A stretch of DNA of 64,000 nucleotides from Bacilli bacterium (GCA_045128835.1 JBGVRX010000002.1:44145-108144); one strand, 5' to 3'; shown: positions 50,540 through 58,414, counted from the first letter of the stretch. Made by a program: numbers and translations. The notes: a model not told the origin generated them from the letters alone.

Positions 50540-51125
50540 CTGTGGAGGTGCAGTATTCTAGTCAGTTTTGCTGCTATGAAGACGTATTAAGACGTTTGAG
50601 GGCACATCTATGAAGTTCTTGGTGCTTGCTTTGGTTGCCCAAACTGGGGTGGGTGCTGAGAGTTAAGATTTTTGGGCGCACTATAACGGCATATAGTATA
50701 CGACCCAACTATCGCGGAGACGCAGATGGGTGTAGATTCGTTTACACTCCCTGCGAAGAACCTGCATTGCAGTAACATGTGTGCAGTGTAGCCTGGTTTG
50801 AGTGAATAACGAGGGATTACATGTATGACAAATATAAATACTTGGCCAGTTTTATATTCTGATTTTGTATGAAATCTTATTTGCAAAACATCCTAGTAGC
50901 ATGTCAAAGCTGTCAAGGAAAACTTCTAGACTGTTAAATTTATTTAGATGTTTTAAGGATTATAGTGTGTACTAAGTGGCGATTCGGTGTGTAAACTTGC
51001 TTAATAGGAAACTGCTCTACTGGTAACGGTAAGCGTGAGTTTGAGAAATTCGACCGAACCTAAGACATAAGGTTTACTTAATTCATTACCTTCACATAAC
51101 GCAGTGCATTCGTGCTGCGTTTTAC
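50540..51125 (+). ncRNA. Large (~585 nt) structured noncoding RNA candidate; OLE-like (ornate large extremophilic) RNA or related large ornate RNA
   Basis: 650 nt without any credible ORF in an otherwise gene-dense region. GC content is visibly elevated (~43-45%) relative to the flanking ~28%. Many local helices (ctgcattgcag, gtgtagattcgtttacac, cgcag...ctgcg). Own strong promoter. 3' hairpin aacgcag-N10-ctgcgtt. A DxxxD 4-TM protein gene lies immediately downstream, like oapA. Confidence 0.5.
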
Positions 51126-51126
51126 T

Positions 51127-51154
51127 TTGTAAATATTTAAGATTAGTATATAAT
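51127..51154 (+). promoter_or_regulatory. Candidate internal promoter upstream of the oapA-like gene (-35 TTGTAA, 16 nt, -10 TATAAT)
   Basis: ttgtaa-N16-tataat. Confidence 0.4.
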
Positions 51155-51189
51155 GTAATTAACAATTAAGTAATGAGAGGATATGAAAA

Positions 51190-51807
51190 ATGGAAAAAGA
51201 TGGATCGAAAAAGAAAAAGAATAAAAATGTGTTTACGGAATATTTTAGGTGGCCATTAATAGTTTTGGCAGTTTCTTTATTTTTATCATTTTCTTTTAGT
51301 TTTCTTAGTGAATTAGCATTGAGTAATGCTAGTTTAGTAGTAGCTATTTTAGTTATTGTGTTCTTTATGTTTGTATCAATAATAACTGACGCTATTGGTG
51401 TTGCAGTTACTGCAGCAGTGGAAGTGCCTTTTAGAGCAATGGCTGCTAAAAAAGTAAAAGGTGCGAAAGAAAGTATTATTTTAATTAATAATGCAGATAA
51501 GGTTGCAAGTATTATTGCAGATATCTTAGGTGATATTTGTGGTATCTTATCAGGAGCCGCAGGTGCAGTTGTTACAGCTAAACTTATTGAAGGAGTAACA
51601 GACTCAATGCAACTTGTAGTAATAGCATCTATGGTTAGTGCAGTTATCGCAGGTGTAATTATCTTTGGTAAAGCCATGGGTAAAAAAGTAGCTTTGGATA
51701 ATTGCGATAAAATAGTGCTTATGATAGGTAAAATAGTTTATATATTTACTTTTGGTAAATTATCACTAAAGAATAAAAATCCAAACAAACAACAAGGGTC
51801 TAATTAA
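51190..51807 (+). CDS. small 4-TM membrane protein with DxxxD motifs in TM helices, OapA-like (OLE-associated protein A)
   Basis: 205 aa; 4 predicted TM helices. TM2 has ITDAIGV. TM3 has ADILGDICG, a DxxxD motif. Located directly 3' of the large ncRNA. Confidence 0.5.
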   Translation: MEKDGSKKKKNKNVFTEYFRWPLIVLAVSLFLSFSFSFLSELALSNASLVVAILVIVFFMFVSIITDAIGVAVTAAVEVPFRAMAAKKVKGAKESIILINNADKVASIIADILGDICGILSGAAGAVVTAKLIEGVTDSMQLVVIASMVSAVIAGVIIFGKAMGKKVALDNCDKIVLMIGKIVYIFTFGKLSLKNKNPNKQQGSN

Positions 51808-51885
51808 GTTAGGCTCTTTTTTATTTAGTAAAATGAAAGAAAGTGTGATATACTTTTAATAGTTAATTAGTAAAGGGGATAAGTC

Positions 51886-52443
51886 ATGTATTATAGAATA
51901 AGTTGTGATGCTGAAAATTACAGAAATTATATTTTAAAAAAAGAAGAAGTTAAAGAAGGCGACGAACTTTATCGTGACAAGTTTGATGGCAGTTCTCAAA
52001 AAGATAATTATGAAACACAAACTTTTGTAATGACAAGAAAAAGAGAAGTAAGTTTTCCAGTAGCAGATATATTTTTTAGTGATCTTCCTATTTGTAGTGA
52101 AAGAGCAAAAGAAGTTATAGAAAGTATTTGTAATGAGGGAGAGATAGAATTTTTACCATGTGAAGTAGAAGCAACAGAAGGTAATTATTATATTTTAAAT
52201 GTACTGGGTGCAGAAGATTGCGTTGATTATGATAATTCGGATTTTGTTAGATTTTCTAGTGGTAGAATAATGTTTTTTAATCATATAAAGTTTAATAAGA
52301 AAATAGAAAGGCACTTTTTTAGAATTACAGATTTAATTAATGGTTTTTATTTTATAAGTGAAGAAACTAAAGAAATTTTAGAAAAAGCTGATTTGAAAGG
52401 TTTAGTTTTTGATAATAGTTTATTTATAGAAAAGAGTAACTAG
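51886..52443 (+). CDS. hypothetical protein (possible immunity/accessory protein)
   Basis: 185-aa soluble ORF between the ncRNA/oapA locus and the RiPP cluster. Confidence 0.4.
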   Translation: MYYRISCDAENYRNYILKKEEVKEGDELYRDKFDGSSQKDNYETQTFVMTRKREVSFPVADIFFSDLPICSERAKEVIESICNEGEIEFLPCEVEATEGNYYILNVLGAEDCVDYDNSDFVRFSSGRIMFFNHIKFNKKIERHFFRITDLINGFYFISEETKEILEKADLKGLVFDNSLFIEKSN

Positions 52444-52522
52444 TGTTTTAGAGGCACAAACCTTAGATATATCTTGAATAAAGGGCACTTTTGTGGTAGC
52501 ATTAGTGCATAGAGGTGATAAC

Positions 52523-52609
52523 ATGGATATTAAAATTGAAGATGTTTTAGACTTAGAAGTTGCATTAGTAGACAACTGTGGCTGCGCTAATGGCGGAGAC
52601 AAGTGTTAA
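52523..52609 (+). CDS. RiPP precursor peptide, 28 aa: MDIKIEDVLDLEVALVDNCGCANGGDKC (acidic leader plus Cys/Gly-rich core)
   Basis: ATG at 52523 is preceded by RBS gaggtga (52513-52519). Stop TAA at 52607. Not in the ORF track (too short). Directly upstream of two rSAM/SPASM genes. Confidence 0.6.
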   Translation: MDIKIEDVLDLEVALVDNCGCANGGDKC

Positions 52610-52634
52610 TTTAAAAAAAATTTAATAAGAAAAG

Positions 52635-52667
52635 GCATAACAGTTTTATTAAATTGTTATGCTTTTT
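52635..52667 (+). terminator. Intrinsic terminator/attenuator immediately after the precursor gene
   Basis: gcataacagttt-tatt-aaattgttatgc 12-bp stem (1 GU) followed by a T5 run. It lies between the precursor stop and the next gene's RBS. Confidence 0.6.
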
Positions 52668-52688
52668 AGTTATTCAAAGGAGAAGTAT

Positions 52689-53111
52689 ATGAAAAAAATA
52701 TGCAATTTAAGCCAAAGTAAAATAGAATTAAAAGGCTTTTTAGAAGATAAATTAGAAAATATGGGATCTAGTGATTTTAATGTGTTAGTAATAGATGATC
52801 AAAAGGAAAATAAAGGATTAGTAATTAAATATCAAGATAAACTAGATTGTGTTATATTAAATGATTACAAAGGGAATCTTAATGACATCTTTTTTGTTCC
52901 TGTTGTTATAACTAGTGAAGTTAATAATGCTCCTCAATATTTTTACTGTAAAGATAATATTGAAGAAGTTCTTTTGGATATTGAAAAGTTTAGTAATGCT
53001 ATACCTAATATGAGAAGAATTTCAGCGGAAGAAATTTCATGTAAGATGGTTGATTTAACATCTAAGAAAAAGAAAGGCAATTCTAATAAATTAAAGATAT
53101 TGGTAGGGTAA
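52689..53111 (+). CDS. hypothetical 141-aa protein in the RiPP operon
   Basis: RBS aaggaga lies 5 nt upstream of the ATG at 52689. The track start 52659 lies inside the terminator hairpin. Confidence 0.45.
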   Translation: MKKICNLSQSKIELKGFLEDKLENMGSSDFNVLVIDDQKENKGLVIKYQDKLDCVILNDYKGNLNDIFFVPVVITSEVNNAPQYFYCKDNIEEVLLDIEKFSNAIPNMRRISAEEISCKMVDLTSKKKKGNSNKLKILVG

Positions 53112-53115
53112 GAGT

Positions 53116-54315
53116 ATGTATAGAGGCTATTTAATTGATTATAGAAAAGAAAACGATGATTTATATATCTTAAAAAATAAAAAGAGCGGGGTTTATTATT
53201 ACTCTAACTATGTTGCTACTAGAGTTTATGAATTATTAGATAAAAGAGTTAGTGTTAAAGAAATAGTAGAAACTTTAGCTAAAGAATATAATGCTCCTAT
53301 TTATTTTATGGAGAAGATGGTTTTAATGGCTATTTCTCAAATTCAAAGTAAAGAAGATGCTGTACATTGGAAACAAGAGTCTAAATTCCCTTTAAGAGTA
53401 TCTTGGAGATTAACAGATCGATGTAACTTAAAGTGCTTACATTGTTACGCTACTTGTGAAAGTGAAGCAAAACAAAAAGAATTACCTTTAGAAACAATAA
53501 AATCAATCGTAGATAAATTAGAAGAAGCAAATATTTTTGAAATCTCTTTAACAGGAGGAGAAATATTTGTTAGACATGATTTAAAAGAAATAATTGAGTA
53601 TATTAATTCTAAGAATATTACTTTAGCTTTATTTACTAACGCCACATTAGTTTTAAGTAACTATGAGTGGTTAAAAGAATGTCATATTAGAAGATTTAAT
53701 ATAAGTTTAGATGGATTAGAAGAAGAACACGATTTATTAAGAGGAAAAGGTAATTTTAAAAGAACAGTAGATGCGATAAAACTTTTACAAAAAGATGGGG
53801 CAAGAATAGTAATAAATTGCGTTATTAACTCTTTAAATGTTCATAGGCTAGTAGAAATATTGCATTTCTTTGTAGATAATAAATTAGAATTCCAATTTTC
53901 ATTGATGACTCCAATTGGAAGAGGGGCAGATAACATTGATATCGTTCCTAAAAAAGAAGTTTATATGGAAGCAGTTAAGAAGTTACAAGAAGAATATGAA
54001 AAACTTAAAATAGCGGGATTTATTCATAATGCTTATACTGGAGAGGATTTGCAAATTGATGAAGATGGAGAAACTACTGTTAGTGAAGATAAATGGGTAT
54101 GTAATGCTGGTACTACTAAGTTTGATATAGATGTTAATGGTGATGTCTATTGTTGTCCATTTAGTAAGAGTAGTTTTGTAGGTAATATTGTAGATAAAAC
54201 AGTAAAAGAGTTATGGGAAAATGAGAGTAGATTTAATTTTATTAATTTCACTAAGACATATAATGGAAGATTCTGTAAACCAATAGGAGATACAATGAAT
54301 GAACAAAATAAGTAA
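53116..54315 (+). CDS. radical SAM/SPASM-domain peptide-modifying enzyme with an N-terminal RRE/PqqD-like extension
   Basis: CNLKCLHCY (CxxxCxxC). SPASM region CNAGTTKFDIDVNGDVYCCP...C. The ~95-aa N-terminal region contains a VSVKEIVETLAKEY..P wHTH-like segment. Confidence 0.85.
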   Translation: MYRGYLIDYRKENDDLYILKNKKSGVYYYSNYVATRVYELLDKRVSVKEIVETLAKEYNAPIYFMEKMVLMAISQIQSKEDAVHWKQESKFPLRVSWRLTDRCNLKCLHCYATCESEAKQKELPLETIKSIVDKLEEANIFEISLTGGEIFVRHDLKEIIEYINSKNITLALFTNATLVLSNYEWLKECHIRRFNISLDGLEEEHDLLRGKGNFKRTVDAIKLLQKDGARIVINCVINSLNVHRLVEILHFFVDNKLEFQFSLMTPIGRGADNIDIVPKKEVYMEAVKKLQEEYEKLKIAGFIHNAYTGEDLQIDEDGETTVSEDKWVCNAGTTKFDIDVNGDVYCCPFSKSSFVGNIVDKTVKELWENESRFNFINFTKTYNGRFCKPIGDTMNEQNK

Positions 54316-55636
54316 TCAAGTATTAAAACTGTCACAAAATTTAAAATTTTTAGAAGTTAATGAAAAAGTATCTATTTGTTACAATAAAAATGCTTTTAAA
54401 CCAGTATTATTACCTAATTCAGTTAGAGAAAACTATTTAAATGGTCTTAGAGAAATAAATAATCCGGATGAAAATATTGTAAAGATGTTTACTAATAATT
54501 ATATTGGCTTTTTTGATAAGGAATTAACTAAAGAAGAAATATATAGTAAGTTAAAACAAGATTATGATAAGAAAGAATCTACTTTAAATGTTAGATTTAT
54601 TCCAAGTTATAATTGCGATAAGAATTGCTCTTATTGTTTAATTCAAAATATAAGAGGTCAGATGAAAGAGTCTTTTGATCTTAGTTATTTAGATAATTTA
54701 AAAAATCTTGTAGATATTTATAAGAAGAGTACTCCTAATTTAAATAAAGTTAGCGCTACTATTATTGGAGGAGAACCTACTTTAGATAAGAACTGGGATA
54801 TTACTAAAAAGTTCATCAATGAGCTAAATAAGTATTTTGATAAAAAAGAACATGTTCTAGTTACAAATGGGTATGGAGTTAATGAATCATTATTAAAAGA
54901 GTTTAAGGATATGGGCGGTAAATCTGTTTACTTATCATATGATTTAAGAGGTAATGTTATAGATGATAGTGAGCCGGAATCTAAGTCTAATTTTGAAAAA
55001 TTTAAGAGTTTGTGCCTTTTAGTAGTTAATAATGGTGTTTCTTTGACAGTAGATTTTAAATGTAATAAAGATACTAAAATAAATGAAACCGTTAAGTCTT
55101 TCTTGGATAATCTTATCTCTTTAGATTCTTCAATAAATATTGTCGCATCTAAAATAGTATCTCAAAAAGAATATGATGTTTTAGAAAGCCCTCAATGTCA
55201 AAGGTATGAACTTGTAGATTTAAAAGAGGAAGATATATTGCCTGTATATTATGAGTTTATAAATTTATATCCTTATAATTTTTCTTATCCTAGACAATTT
55301 GAAATAATGATTTATAGATGCTCTACTGTATCAATGAAATCATTTGTAGTATTCCCAAATGGAAAAGTATCTTTATGCGGTAAGTTATATTCCTCAAATC
55401 CCGATAATATACCTTATATTTATGATTTTAAAACAAGTGAATTTAACTTTGAGTTAACTGAATCGTTTTGTAAGACAGTGTTAGATGATGAAGAATGTAA
55501 AGAGTGCGAGTATTCACTTATTTGTGGAGGCAAGTGTCCTTTTAAAAAAGGAAAATGTGATAAAGAAAAAATAAATGTAGAGTTATTACTAGAAATTTAT
55601 AAAAGCAATATAAAAAGACAATTAAATAAAAAGTAA
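54299..55636 (+). CDS. second radical SAM/SPASM-domain enzyme, translationally coupled to the first
   Basis: YNCDKNCSYC radical-SAM motif. C-terminal SPASM cysteines CKECEYSLICGGKCPFKKGKC. Overlaps the upstream gene by 17 nt. Confidence 0.85.
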   Translation: MNKISNQVLKLSQNLKFLEVNEKVSICYNKNAFKPVLLPNSVRENYLNGLREINNPDENIVKMFTNNYIGFFDKELTKEEIYSKLKQDYDKKESTLNVRFIPSYNCDKNCSYCLIQNIRGQMKESFDLSYLDNLKNLVDIYKKSTPNLNKVSATIIGGEPTLDKNWDITKKFINELNKYFDKKEHVLVTNGYGVNESLLKEFKDMGGKSVYLSYDLRGNVIDDSEPESKSNFEKFKSLCLLVVNNGVSLTVDFKCNKDTKINETVKSFLDNLISLDSSINIVASKIVSQKEYDVLESPQCQRYELVDLKEEDILPVYYEFINLYPYNFSYPRQFEIMIYRCSTVSMKSFVVFPNGKVSLCGKLYSSNPDNIPYIYDFKTSEFNFELTESFCKTVLDDEECKECEYSLICGGKCPFKKGKCDKEKINVELLLEIYKSNIKRQLNKK

Positions 55637-55660
55637 GATGCAAATTTAGCATCTTTTTTA
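55635..55660 (+). terminator. rho-independent terminator closing the RiPP operon
   Basis: aagatgc-aaattta-gcatctt hairpin followed by a T6 run. Confidence 0.7.
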
Positions 55661-55790
55661 TTGCTGGAAAAAACTTTGTTTTCATGAAAAGTATGCTTGT
55701 GGCATAAAAGATAAGACTGAATGCTCTAGAATGAAAATTTCTTCTTTCATTTTATATATTTCTATAATATAATTGAAGTAGGTGATTTAG

Positions 55791-56267
55791 ATGAATATTA
55801 AGTTTTATAAAAGTTGTTATGATTTAGCGGCATTTGCTACTTGTCTTAAAGATGGTAAGCCTACTCTTACTATAGGAGATAGAGTACAAGAAAGAATTGA
55901 ATTTACGGATAATTTCTTTGTTGTTGCTCAATATAAGTTTTTAGGTTCAGATTATTTGTCTTCATTTGATTATGAAGTTCATAGTTTTTCTATTAACTTT
56001 ATAAGAGATGATGAGTTAGTAGAATCTATTAATTTTGAAAAGAAGTTTGATTGTAAGAAAGTTGGTTCTTTAGCAGATCCTAGAGTTAATAAGGAAGCGA
56101 AAATGGAAGTTATTAAAGAATGTAGACCTACTAAAGCTGAGCAATTTGAAAATATGTTTAAGAAAACAAAACTACAAAGTCATGAAGTAGCAATGGTAAT
56201 TGCAAAGAATAAAAAGTTGTTCGATGAATTAGTTGCTAAACAAGAAATAAAAAATGTAAAAAAATAA
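55791..56267 (+). CDS. hypothetical protein
   Basis: 158-aa ORF. Confidence 0.4.
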   Translation: MNIKFYKSCYDLAAFATCLKDGKPTLTIGDRVQERIEFTDNFFVVAQYKFLGSDYLSSFDYEVHSFSINFIRDDELVESINFEKKFDCKKVGSLADPRVNKEAKMEVIKECRPTKAEQFENMFKKTKLQSHEVAMVIAKNKKLFDELVAKQEIKNVKK

Positions 56268-56332
56268 GGCCATAAGGCCTTTTTCTTTTGGTATTAATAT
56301 AAACAAAAAGTTAGGAGTTTCCTAACTTTTTT
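56266..56332. terminator. Two adjacent hairpin terminators between convergent genes
   Basis: aaggcc-ataa-ggcctt + T5 for the plus strand. gttagg-agttt-cctaac flanked by A/T runs for the minus strand. Confidence 0.65.
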
Positions 56333-56984
56333 AACGACTGCTTACTTTTTCTTTGTTTTCACTTTTATCTTTTAAAAGTTTCACGTATTCTTCTAGGCAT
56401 AAGCCTTGTTCACTCATAGCTTTAGCGTGTTCTACTCCGACATATCTAAAGTGCCATAATTCACCATTAAATCCTGTTATTTCTTTTTTACTGTCATCAT
56501 ATCTTTTTATTAATCCAAATTGAACTGCTTCTTTTTCAATGATTTTAAATGTTTTTTGATATATTCCCATTTTTTTTGATAATTTTCTAGCCTTATCTCT
56601 TAGTGGCTTAGGGATAACAGGGCATTTGAAACGTAAATCAAAGGCTAATCCAGTATGATGTTCACTTGTACCAGGGAGAGCTACATGATTTTTAACCCAC
56701 TCTTCACCATATTCTTCTTTTAATTCTTCCATAACCTTTTTTTGAGTTTCAATAGATCTCCAAGTAGAACGGGCATCTACATCTATAAGATATTTTCTCT
56801 TCATATGTTTAACAAGTGCAGTATATGCTTTGAAAGTTTCTTCTTCTAAACAACTTTCTCCATCTTCATCTTTATAAGGAACATAGTTAAACATTTCCTT
56901 TAACATTTCTTCTTTTTCTGGTGTTAATGGGTGATTCTTACTTACAATAATTAAGTATTTATCTAAATCTATTTGTTGTTCCAT
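56331..56984 (-). CDS. VanY-like D-alanyl-D-alanine carboxypeptidase (M15 peptidase)
   Basis: Zn-binding signature GTSEHHTGLAFDL (SxHxxGxAxD) and a downstream EWWH-like (ELWHFRY) motif. Confidence 0.7.
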   Translation of the reverse strand: MEQQIDLDKYLIIVSKNHPLTPEKEEMLKEMFNYVPYKDEDGESCLEEETFKAYTALVKHMKRKYLIDVDARSTWRSIETQKKVMEELKEEYGEEWVKNHVALPGTSEHHTGLAFDLRFKCPVIPKPLRDKARKLSKKMGIYQKTFKIIEKEAVQFGLIKRYDDSKKEITGFNGELWHFRYVGVEHAKAMSEQGLCLEEYVKLLKDKSENKEKVSSR

Positions 56985-57225
56985 TTTTTATTACCTCTCT
57001 TTGCTTAGGTCCTATCAATATAACACATATTTCTAAAAATTGGAAGTATTAGTTTTTGGGCCTATATTTCGTTGTTGAAAGGTTGTTTTATCAATGATAT
57101 AATCTTTTCGGTGATTAAAGTGATTCTATATAGAGTTATGTCAAGTTATGAATTGAAGCAATTAATGGGTGTTAATGTTAATGAAAATGATAGAAATGTA
57201 TTGTATGGTAATAACACTTTTAAAT

Positions 57226-57711
57226 ATGAAAAAAAATACTGAGTATATGCATTTCTTTAGATATGCAGATCACGCGAAAGCAATGGTCTATAAGTTTGGA
57301 GAAATTATTGTAAGATGTGATATTCCGGATGAACTTGTAGATCAAGAAGGGTTTGGTTTTTATAGTAATGAAATCTCTGTTCTTCCTGAATGCATAATAA
57401 AAAAGGAAAATTTTGATGTTAATTTTATAAAAGGGTTTAAATATCAACTTACATGTGGTTGGAGTAATCCTCCTATTCCTATTGAAGAGCATAAGGGTAG
57501 ATATATTGGAGGATATGGCGAGTTATATGCTGAATTATTTAATGATTTGAAAAAACAATACTATAAAGAAGATCCTCCAGAGTTAATTAATTCTTATATA
57601 GTAGGGAAATTAAAAGGAAAAAACTTAGATGAAATCTTATTGAGGTATATAGATAAAGTTGATCAAAAACATAAACCTAATGGTTTTTCTAAATTATTTA
57701 TGAAAAGATAA
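57226..57711 (+). CDS. hypothetical protein
   Basis: ORF with an uncertain start; the upstream M-rich extension in the track is unlikely. Confidence 0.3.
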   Translation: MKKNTEYMHFFRYADHAKAMVYKFGEIIVRCDIPDELVDQEGFGFYSNEISVLPECIIKKENFDVNFIKGFKYQLTCGWSNPPIPIEEHKGRYIGGYGELYAELFNDLKKQYYKEDPPELINSYIVGKLKGKNLDEILLRYIDKVDQKHKPNGFSKLFMKR

Positions 57712-57785
57712 TAGGCATATATTGGTGCCTATTTTTTTGTGTTGAAAGGAGAAACTTGAGATGGTAAAATATTGCTAGTGAGGAA

Positions 57786-58376
57786 GTGAAATTTATGGCA
57801 TTTGAAATATATTCGGGACCAAATTATGATGTTATAGAAATAGAGGAAGTAAATAGGAAGTATCAAATTGCGGCATTTGCTAAAAATGATGATGGGAAAA
57901 TTGGTACATCTATGATAGATAGAGTAGATAATAAGATTAAGACAATAATATACACTGATGGTAAGGTTATTAAGGTTGAAAAGAGTGAACCAATTCCTAT
58001 AAGCGAATATTTTATTGATAAGAAAAAATATAATTATGAAGTTAATCAATTAGTAAAGAAGAGATTATATATTGAAGATGCTACTTATATTGTTAAAGTT
58101 AATTTAGCAGAAGAAATATTAGATTTCGAAAGTAGAGGAAGAAAAGGAAGAGGTAACTTCTACGTTATAACTTCTAGTGAACTTTTAGTTAAAGACAAGA
58201 AGGATAAAGAAGCTATAAGGAAAGCAAAAGAAACAGTAAAAAGTATAAAAGCAAATTCTAGAGAGTTTAATTCTGTTTGGGATGTTTTGTTTAAGAAAAA
58301 AGCAAATAATGAATCTACTTTAGAATATGAAAGTACTCAAGAAGATATATATCAATTAAAGAGTAGAACTAGATAG
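57786..58376 (+). CDS. hypothetical protein
   Basis: 196-aa Lys-rich ORF. Confidence 0.4.
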   Translation: MKFMAFEIYSGPNYDVIEIEEVNRKYQIAAFAKNDDGKIGTSMIDRVDNKIKTIIYTDGKVIKVEKSEPIPISEYFIDKKKYNYEVNQLVKKRLYIEDATYIVKVNLAEEILDFESRGRKGRGNFYVITSSELLVKDKKDKEAIRKAKETVKSIKANSREFNSVWDVLFKKKANNESTLEYESTQEDIYQLKSRTR

Positions 58377-58383
58377 TTACTAA

Positions 58384-58414
58384 GATGTGTGTTTAGCGCA
58401 TCTTTTTTATTGAA
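58384..58414 (+). terminator. rho-independent terminator
   Basis: aagatgtg-tgtttag-cgcatctt stem followed by a T6 run. Confidence 0.55.

Noticed and set aside
50543-50554. 12-mer TGGAGGTGCAGT shared between the ncRNA 5' end and the RBS region of the Sel1 gene (63158-63169)
   Set aside because: A single 12-nt match in 64 kb of biased-composition sequence is expected by chance and contains the common GGAGGTG SD-like core; not evidence of a repeat element.
50608-50886. Minus-strand 92-aa ORF inside the ncRNA locus (and 51159..51677 minus-strand ORF antisense to the oapA-like gene)
   Set aside because: No RBS and no functional motif. The second is an Ala/Thr-rich mirror of the hydrophobic sense gene. 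Both are typical antisense artefacts.
50540-51125. Considered whether the large non-coding locus is tmRNA, RNase P RNA, SRP RNA, 6S RNA or a group II intron
   Set aside because: No GGGG…UUCGAC 5' end plus tRNA-like CCA 3' end nor an in-frame tag-peptide ORF (tmRNA). The universally conserved GGAAAGUCC (P4) of RNase P is absent on both strands. Length is far larger than 6S/4.5S. No intron-encoded protein ORF and no recognisable domain V (group II). A 'ttcgacc' occurrence at ~51045 is isolated.
52420-52602. Minus-strand 60-aa ORF overlapping the RiPP precursor
   Set aside because: No RBS. The plus-strand 28-codon gene has a canonical RBS and operon context, so the minus ORF is taken as spurious.
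52689-53111. Possible response-regulator receiver domain in the 141-aa operon protein (VLVIDD…ILND…VVITS)
   Set aside because: The spacing between the acidic pair and the putative phospho-Asp is ~22 residues versus ~44 in true REC domains. The pattern is probably coincidental.
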